From an uncultured Clostridia bacterium (GTDB lineage Bacteria > Bacillota > Clostridia > Christensenellales > Aristaeellaceae), in the NCBI GenBank assembly GCA_904420265.1, contig CAJFUU010000191.1:1-32816 (forward strand): 32,816 nucleotides of DNA, written 5' to 3'. The notes below the pieces were generated by a model, which searched no databases, had not been told where the DNA came from, and saw only the letters and a list, made by a program, of their open reading frames with translations. Position numbers and translations under genes: made by a program. Positions 8,634-15,089 of the stretch are shown here, one piece after another (position 1 is the first letter of the stretch; every line of letters starts with the position of its first letter).

Positions 8634-10115
8634 ATGAAGTTGCTGTGGGGGGATATACACAATCACTGCGCGATTACTTACGGCCTTGGCAGTCTGGACA
8701 ATGCCCTGGAGGTCGCCCGCAGACATCTGGACTTTGTTAGCGTTACGCCGCATGCCTTCTGGCCGGACATTCCCCCGCGGGAACCGCGCACAGAATTTCT
8801 GGTCGACTTTCACGAAGAGGGATTTGCCAAGATTGCGCGCAATTGGAAGGCGGTTCGCCAGGCAATTGATGACGCCGACAATCCAGGTGCGTTTTCAACG
8901 CTGTTCAGCTTTGAGATGCACTCCAGCCGCTATGGCGATCACCACTTTGTTTCGCCCGATTCCACCCTGGAAATCGCCCGGCGCGACACGCCGCGAGAGG
9001 TAATTCTGGCCAACGCTGCCCGCGCGATTGCCGTGCCGCACCACATCGGCTATACGCCCGGCTATCGCGGCATTGACTGGGAGGCGTTTGATGAAAAGAT
9101 TACCCCTGTGGTGGAGGTCGTTTCCAAACATGGCTGCGCCATGCACGAAAACAGCGGCTTTCCCTATTACCACGACATGGGGCCGCTGGATTCGCGCAAC
9201 ACGGCTTTTTCCGGGCTGCGTCAGGGCAAACGCTTTGGCTTTGTGGGCTCGACCGACCACCATGCGGGCTTTCCCGGTTCTTTTGGCGATGGCAAGGTTG
9301 CGGTACTGGCGCGCGCCAACACGCGCGAGGATATCTTTGACGCGTTGAAAAGGCGCAATTGTTATGCTGTAACGGGTAGCCGCATCCGGTGCTCTTTTTC
9401 CCTCAATGACGCCATCATGGGCGAAGAGATTGCCGCAAGGGACAGCTACGACCTGGCCTACGCTGTGGAGGCCAGCGCTGCAATCGACCGCATGGTGATT
9501 TTCCGCAACCTTGAGCCGATGCATATTGTCGATGGCTGGAAACTCCCCGCGCGCGGCGGGCGTTACAAGTTGCGCCTGGAACTGGGATGGGGCGACAATG
9601 GCGAAGAAAGCTACCCTTGGCATGTGCGCCTGCGCGTGGACGGCGGCCGGCTATGCGGCAGCGAGATTGGCGTGCGCGGCAGGAGCGTGATTTCGCCAAC
9701 GCAGCGCATGCAGGGCGGCGAGGAGATTAACCGCCCGCGTTTTACGCCGGTGGAAATGGAGGGGCAGGAGGCACACTTCTTCTGCGAGACATTCCGCAAC
9801 AATTCCACCCTCAGCCCGTCCACGGCGCTGATGATCTGCGAAGTGGAAGGTATGCCGTCCACGCGCGTACTCTATGAAATTAATGGCCGCCGCGTAGAGG
9901 CTACAATTGCGCAGCTTTTGCAAAACGGCTTGTCGGAACAGGTCATGCCCTACAATTCGCAGGCGTTCAAGATACACACGGCCGTGCCCTGCGGGAAATA
10001 CGCCATTGAGGGCGCGCTGCATTTTCCGGACGACGGCGCGGGATTCTATCACATGGAAGTTCGTCAGTTTGATGGGGATGCCGCGTATGTCTCCCCGATA
10101 TTTATCAAGCGCTGA
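8634..10115 (+). CDS. DUF3604 / PHP-superfamily metal-dependent hydrolase-like protein
   Basis: The ORF track starts at 8436, inside the divergent promoter. I prefer the ATG at 8634, which has a GGAGGG RBS 7 nt upstream (MKLLWGDIHNHC...). His/Asp-rich metal-ligand motifs typical of PHP/DUF3604: GDIHNHC, TPHAF, EMHSSRYGDHH, VPHHIGY, GSTDHHAG. Then ALKRRNCYAVTGSRI. An in-frame ATG at 8598 is an alternative start. Confidence 0.7.
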   Translation: MKLLWGDIHNHCAITYGLGSLDNALEVARRHLDFVSVTPHAFWPDIPPREPRTEFLVDFHEEGFAKIARNWKAVRQAIDDADNPGAFSTLFSFEMHSSRYGDHHFVSPDSTLEIARRDTPREVILANAARAIAVPHHIGYTPGYRGIDWEAFDEKITPVVEVVSKHGCAMHENSGFPYYHDMGPLDSRNTAFSGLRQGKRFGFVGSTDHHAGFPGSFGDGKVAVLARANTREDIFDALKRRNCYAVTGSRIRCSFSLNDAIMGEEIAARDSYDLAYAVEASAAIDRMVIFRNLEPMHIVDGWKLPARGGRYKLRLELGWGDNGEESYPWHVRLRVDGGRLCGSEIGVRGRSVISPTQRMQGGEEINRPRFTPVEMEGQEAHFFCETFRNNSTLSPSTALMICEVEGMPSTRVLYEINGRRVEATIAQLLQNGLSEQVMPYNSQAFKIHTAVPCGKYAIEGALHFPDDGAGFYHMEVRQFDGDAAYVSPIFIKR

Positions 10116-10128
10116 AGGAGGAGAGGCG

Positions 10129-10959
10129 ATGGAAGTGGTGCTCGTTGGGAACTGCGCGCCGGCGCAGGAGTTGTTTCTCGTCGGAGAGGCCGAGGGGCTG
10201 CGGCGTGGCGAGACGGCGGGACAAGGACAGACCGCATTTTTGTGCTGCGAGGCCGAGGAACTTGAATCGCGCGCGACAGCATTGGCGCGCGACGGGGCGG
10301 ATGTCGTCCTGCCTGGCTGGATGGCGGCGTGTAGTGCGGCGCTTCTCCGCCTGGACGCTGCGTTCTCCGACTATGGCCGCAAGCTGCGAGTGCTATTCCT
10401 GGAACGCTATTTGAGCGATGTGCGCGATGTTGCACGCATGCTTGCACGGGGAAACATGGGTAGAATCGGCATGGTTGACTTTCTGCGCGCTTGGCCATGT
10501 GCGAAGCAGAACGCGCTGTATCCCCTGGCCGAGGGGTTGGGCGTGGTCACGGGTTGGTTTGGAATGCCGCAGACGGCGCGCATCTATCTCGCGCAAGAAG
10601 AGCAGACGCGCTGCGCAACGCTCACAGCGCGCTTTGCAGGCGGTGAACTTTTGAATTTGCAGGCCGTGTGTTCGCCGGCACAGCGCGGTTGGGACATGAT
10701 CTATGAACTGAGCGGCTCGCAGGGCAACCTTTGCCACGACGCATGCAGGGCGCGTTGGGTTCGCTATAGCAATGCTTCGGGCGACGCCCCGGCGGAGCGT
10801 TTTGCGCTGCTGGGCACAGGGGTATGTCCGCTGCGCGCGGCGCTGCGGGCGCTTCCTGGCTTGCTTGCGGAACAAGCGCCGGGCTTGGACGAAGAAGCGC
10901 GCGCCGTCGCGCAGGTCGTTGAACGCGCGCTTGGAGAGGAGGCTGTGACCGATGCGTAA
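10129..10959 (+). CDS. Truncated/degenerate Gfo/Idh/MocA-like protein (no glycine-rich loop, no EKP motif)
   Basis: The ATG at 10129 follows GAAGGAGGAGAGG. The ORF-track start at 9907 lies inside the previous gene. 276 aa. Only the C-terminal-domain-like part looks like the family (ARGNMGRIGMVDFLRAW..., TLTARFAGGELLNLQAV). The segment that normally carries the EKP lysine is absent. Its last 8 nt overlap the next gene. Confidence 0.55.
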   Translation: MEVVLVGNCAPAQELFLVGEAEGLRRGETAGQGQTAFLCCEAEELESRATALARDGADVVLPGWMAACSAALLRLDAAFSDYGRKLRVLFLERYLSDVRDVARMLARGNMGRIGMVDFLRAWPCAKQNALYPLAEGLGVVTGWFGMPQTARIYLAQEEQTRCATLTARFAGGELLNLQAVCSPAQRGWDMIYELSGSQGNLCHDACRARWVRYSNASGDAPAERFALLGTGVCPLRAALRALPGLLAEQAPGLDEEARAVAQVVERALGEEAVTDA

Positions 10960-11932
10960 GATCAGGGTCTGTATCCTGAGCGTGGCGCATGTACACACGC
11001 CGACCTATGTGCGTTGTCTACGGCATAATCCTGGCGCGGAGATCGTCGGTTTTTATGATGAAGATGCCGAGCGCGCACAGGCGTTTGCGCAAGAGCAAGG
11101 AGTCAAGCGTTTTTGCGATGCGCGGAAGCTTCTGGAGGAGGAAAAACCGGACGTGGCGCTGGTGTGCGCCCAGAACATGCGTCATGCCCGCTGGGTGAAA
11201 ATGGCCGCCGACGCTGGTGTGGACGTGCTGTGTGAAAAACCGCTGGGAGTGGGAGGCATGGACGCCCAGGATATGATTGACCACTGCCGGCGGCGGGGTG
11301 TGCGGCTGATGACGGCAATGTGCAACCGCTACATTCACGCCTATCGGGAGGCAGCAAACGCAGTGCGCGAAGGCAGGATTGGGCGGCTTGTCGCGGTGTT
11401 TGCCAGCAACAAAGGAACGATGCCGGGCGGATGGTTTGTCCAGCGGGAGGAGTCGGGCGGCGGCTGTATCATCGATCATACGGTACACGTGGCCGACCTG
11501 ATGAATTGCCTTGTAGGCGCGTTGCCCGAGGAGGTCTGGGCGCTTGAGGGCCACAACCTGTTTTCCATGGACGTGGAAGACTGCGCGGTGATAAACATGC
11601 GCTATCCAGGGGGCGTGCTGGTAACCCTGGACGCGAGTTGGTCGCGCACAAGGCACTTCCCCTATGGGCGGGACCTGACGCTGCGGCTGGTCGGCACCAA
11701 AGGCAATATATATGTGGACTATTTTTCTCCCAACAACGAGGTATACGCCCCCGGCGAGCGTATTTACAGCTACTACGCCGAGGACAAGGACCAGATGATG
11801 ATCGACGATTTGATTCAGTGCTATCAGGAGGGCAGGCCTTTTGGCATCACCGGAGAGGATGGCCGCGACTGTGCGCTTGTGGCGGAGGCGGCGTATCGCT
11901 CGCTCAAGGCCAAAGCGCCGGTGCGGCTATGA
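10952..11932 (+). CDS. Gfo/Idh/MocA family oxidoreductase (paralog 1)
   Basis: 326 aa. Starts KIRVCILSVAHVHTPTYV... Has VLCEKPL (EKP motif) and GGGCIIDHTVHVADLM (D..H catalytic region). 8-nt overlap with the upstream gene. Confidence 0.88.
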   Translation: MRKIRVCILSVAHVHTPTYVRCLRHNPGAEIVGFYDEDAERAQAFAQEQGVKRFCDARKLLEEEKPDVALVCAQNMRHARWVKMAADAGVDVLCEKPLGVGGMDAQDMIDHCRRRGVRLMTAMCNRYIHAYREAANAVREGRIGRLVAVFASNKGTMPGGWFVQREESGGGCIIDHTVHVADLMNCLVGALPEEVWALEGHNLFSMDVEDCAVINMRYPGGVLVTLDASWSRTRHFPYGRDLTLRLVGTKGNIYVDYFSPNNEVYAPGERIYSYYAEDKDQMMIDDLIQCYQEGRPFGITGEDGRDCALVAEAAYRSLKAKAPVRL

Positions 11933-11964
11933 GGACGGAGCAAGCATAAGGGAGGAAAAGACGC

Positions 11965-13098
11965 ATGGCGAAGGGGAAATTGAAAGTTGCGTTCATTAGC
12001 GGCGGTATGATCAGCAATGCCGCCCACATACCCGCTTATCGCAACCTGGCGGACAAGGTTGAGATCGTCGCCGTGTGCGATATTTACGAGCCGACCGCAC
12101 GCGCCACGGCGCAGCGCTGGGAAATCCCCTCTTGGTATACCGATGCTGCGGAAATGCTGGAAAGGGAAAAGCCTGATTTGGTCAGCGTATGCACATCCAA
12201 CGCCGCGCACAAGGCGATGTCGCTCCTGGCGCTGGAAAGCGGCGCCAACGTCCTGTGCGAAAAGCCGTTGGCATTTCGCTATACCGATGCCAAGGAACTG
12301 TTTGATACCGCGGCGCGACAGGGCAGGATGCTGGTAACGTGCCAATCTTCGCGCTTTACGCCGGAATATTTGGATGCGCGGGAACTGGCTGAGCACGGCT
12401 GCCTCGGCAACGTCTACTTTGCCGAAGTCAGCCGCATTCGCCGTCGCGGCGTGCCAACCTGGGGCAATTTTCACCGCAAGGACATCAATGGCGGCGGCGC
12501 GTTTTGTGACATAGGCGTGCATGTGCTCGACGCGGTGGTGTGGATCATGGGCAATCCGAAGATGAAGAGCGTTTCCGGAGCGATGAGCAGTGTGCTCACC
12601 CGCAAGGGAGAGAATCTGGTCACCAGTTTAAGCGAAGCCGGCGCGCCGCTTGGACGCTTCGGCGGTCGTTGCAGCTATACGCCCGACCAGTTCGAAACCG
12701 AGGAGTTTGCCGCCGGCAGCATTCGGTTTGAAAACGACGCCATGCTCAACTTCAAGGTTGCCTGGGCGGTCAACCTGCCCGTGAGCAACGCCATCAGCGT
12801 GGTGGGCGAGCGTGCAGGGCTCCTTTTGCCTGAATTCAGGCTGCTTTCGACCTATGACCGCTACCAGGCGGATATACTGCCCCGCCGCTTTAACGACGAG
12901 CGCAAGTATGCCGACAAAACCTTTAACGGTCACTGGCGCCTGATTGAAAACTACGTCAACGCCCTTCTGGGGTTGGAGGAGCCAATGATTCGGCCAGAGG
13001 AGACGCTCAACGTCTCGGCGATTATTGACGCCTTCTATCGCTCGGCACAGTTGGGACGCGAGGTGCGTTTTGACGAACTGACGCAATCGCCGGCCTGA
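11965..13098 (+). CDS. Gfo/Idh/MocA family oxidoreductase (paralog 2)
   Basis: 377 aa. Starts LKVAFISGGMISNAAHIPAY. Has VLCEKPLA and GGGAFCDIGVHVLDAV. AGGGAGG RBS. Confidence 0.88.
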   Translation: MAKGKLKVAFISGGMISNAAHIPAYRNLADKVEIVAVCDIYEPTARATAQRWEIPSWYTDAAEMLEREKPDLVSVCTSNAAHKAMSLLALESGANVLCEKPLAFRYTDAKELFDTAARQGRMLVTCQSSRFTPEYLDARELAEHGCLGNVYFAEVSRIRRRGVPTWGNFHRKDINGGGAFCDIGVHVLDAVVWIMGNPKMKSVSGAMSSVLTRKGENLVTSLSEAGAPLGRFGGRCSYTPDQFETEEFAAGSIRFENDAMLNFKVAWAVNLPVSNAISVVGERAGLLLPEFRLLSTYDRYQADILPRRFNDERKYADKTFNGHWRLIENYVNALLGLEEPMIRPEETLNVSAIIDAFYRSAQLGREVRFDELTQSPA

Positions 13099-13112
13099 AA
13101 GGAGGATGAGCC

Positions 13113-14246
13113 ATGGGAAGACCGCTCCGGGCCGTGGTGATCGGAGCCGCGCATGTACACATTTTGGAGGTGTGCAAGTACGTAAACGACTGCGAGGAGA
13201 TGGAATTGGCAGGCGTGGCAGACGTGGCGCCGGCCGACGCCCCGGATCTGGAGTGCGACGGGCCTTATACGCGCAGGTGGAATTTGGAGTTTGTGCGCCG
13301 TTACGGCGCGAACGTCTATGACGATTACCAGGATATGCTTGAGCAGGTACGGCCGGATTTGGCGCTGATCACCACCGAGAACTGCATGCACGTGGAGGTG
13401 GCGCACGCCTGCATTGAGCGCGGGGTGAGCGTGTGCGTGGAAAAACCCATGGCTTGCGACTTGGCCGGGGCGCTTAAGATAGCGCGCCTGGCGCGTGAGA
13501 GAGGCGTCGAAGTGTTTGTTAACTGGCCAATCGCCTGGCGCGAGTGGCTCTACCGGATGAAGGACGTGCTGGATTCCGGCCGTATGGGACCGCTGATCAA
13601 GGTGCGCTATCTTGCGGGGCAGACGGGCCCGCTCGGCCCGGGCGCGCTGCACCGGGGAACGGATGGGAAAAAGGCCGAAGAGATGGCCCCGGCGCAAAAA
13701 TCGCGGACCTGGTGGTACCAGAAGGACCACGGCGGCGGCGCGTTTCTGGATATGTGCTGCTATGGCAGCATGATGAGCGTGTGGTTGACCGGGAGCGAGT
13801 GCCAGGCCGTGTCGGCCATGTGCGGCAATTTTGCGCATGACTGGAGCGACGTGGAGGACAACGGTATAATGCTTTTGCGCTTTCCCAAAAGCGTCGCGGT
13901 CGTAGAAGGCACTTGGACGACGCCGGCGGCAGCGATCGCGCCGGGACCGGAAATCTTCTGCCGCGGCGGAGTTATCGCCTGTGAGCGGCGCGGCGCGCAA
14001 GTGGCAGTATATCTGACCGACCTGTACGGAAACGTCGAGTACCTTCCCGACATCGCGCCCGACCCGGCCCTGCGCAATATCGCCTGCGCATTTGCGGCCT
14101 ATCGCCTGCATGGGCGGGAGATGCCGCCGATCACGCGGCTGGAAAACAACCTTCGTTCGATGGCGATTCTCGACGCGGGACTGCGTTCGGTGCGCAGCGG
14201 AAAAACCGAACTGGTTGACAACGCGGTTTGGGGGAACATGGGATGA
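13113..14246 (+). CDS. Gfo/Idh/MocA family oxidoreductase (paralog 3)
   Basis: 377 aa. Starts LRAVVIGAAHVHILEV. Has VCVEKPMA. GGGAFLDMCCYGSM carries Tyr where paralogs 1 and 2 have His. AAGGAGG RBS. The stop overlaps the next start (ATGA). Confidence 0.85.
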   Translation: MGRPLRAVVIGAAHVHILEVCKYVNDCEEMELAGVADVAPADAPDLECDGPYTRRWNLEFVRRYGANVYDDYQDMLEQVRPDLALITTENCMHVEVAHACIERGVSVCVEKPMACDLAGALKIARLARERGVEVFVNWPIAWREWLYRMKDVLDSGRMGPLIKVRYLAGQTGPLGPGALHRGTDGKKAEEMAPAQKSRTWWYQKDHGGGAFLDMCCYGSMMSVWLTGSECQAVSAMCGNFAHDWSDVEDNGIMLLRFPKSVAVVEGTWTTPAAAIAPGPEIFCRGGVIACERRGAQVAVYLTDLYGNVEYLPDIAPDPALRNIACAFAAYRLHGREMPPITRLENNLRSMAILDAGLRSVRSGKTELVDNAVWGNMG

Positions 14247-15085
14247 AACGCACGGCGATGATTGCTGACATCCAGCGCAGCAGCGTGCACGATGGCCCGG
14301 GATTTCGCACAACGGTGTTTTTCAAGGGGTGCCAAATGCGTTGCGCATGGTGCCACAATCCGGAGACGATCTCCTTTCAACGGCAGATTCTTCGCTATCC
14401 TGAAAAGTGCATCGGCTGCGGGTATTGCGAGGAGGGCTGTTTTTCGGGGGCGCAGGTCGTCTGCGGACGGGAGATGTCCGTAGAGGACGTATTTGCACAG
14501 ATCGAAGAAGACCGCCCCTATTACGGCGAAGAGGGCGGCGTGACGCTTTCGGGCGGCGAACCGCTGTGCCAGGCGCAATTTGCTTTGGCGCTGATCGAGC
14601 GATGCCGTGGGGAGGGCATTGGCTGCGCGATGGAGAGTAATCTTTCAGTGGATTGGGAAGTCGCGCGACCGGTTGTGGAGCGATTATCGCTGCTGATGGC
14701 CGACCTGAAGGTCTGGGACGAGGCGTTGCACTGCCGTTATACAGGGCTGGGCAATCGCCTGGTGTGCGAAAATCTTGTCCGCACGCAGGAGACCGGCGTG
14801 CCACTGATTCTGCGCACGCCGGTCGTACCCGGCGTCAACGCCACCAACAAAGAGATCGGCGAAATCGCCGCCTTTGCCCGCGGGCTTTCCAACCTGCGCT
14901 ATTACGAATTGCTCAGCTATCATCCGCTGGGGCTTGACAAGGCGCGGGCACTGGGCCGCGAGATATGTGAATTTGATAGACCTACGCGCGAGACGATGCT
15001 TTCCTTGGCCGAAACGGCGCAGGCCATCGGCATTCCTGTGGTCATTAACGGCGTGAGACTGGAGGCTTTTCGGAAGGAAGGGTAG
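14243..15085 (+). CDS. Glycyl-radical enzyme activating enzyme (radical SAM)
   Basis: IQRSSVHDGPGFRTTVFFKGCQMRCAWCHNPE is the GRE-activase N-terminal signature with the CX3CX2C cluster. One ferredoxin-type motif, CIGCGYCEEGC. SAM-binding GGVTLSGGEPL. The ATG at 14243 overlaps the upstream stop. The ORF-track TTG at 14228 is an alternative start. Confidence 0.9.
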   Translation: MKRTAMIADIQRSSVHDGPGFRTTVFFKGCQMRCAWCHNPETISFQRQILRYPEKCIGCGYCEEGCFSGAQVVCGREMSVEDVFAQIEEDRPYYGEEGGVTLSGGEPLCQAQFALALIERCRGEGIGCAMESNLSVDWEVARPVVERLSLLMADLKVWDEALHCRYTGLGNRLVCENLVRTQETGVPLILRTPVVPGVNATNKEIGEIAAFARGLSNLRYYELLSYHPLGLDKARALGREICEFDRPTRETMLSLAETAQAIGIPVVINGVRLEAFRKEG

Positions 15086-15089
15086 ACGC

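Noticed and set aside
13035-14312. 425-aa ORF on the minus strand, antisense to Gfo/Idh/MocA paralog 3
   Set aside because: It is Arg/His/Pro-rich with no domain-like segments. The plus-strand frame has clear family motifs (EKP, GGG..D) and an RBS. Long antisense ORFs are expected in about 65% GC coding DNA.
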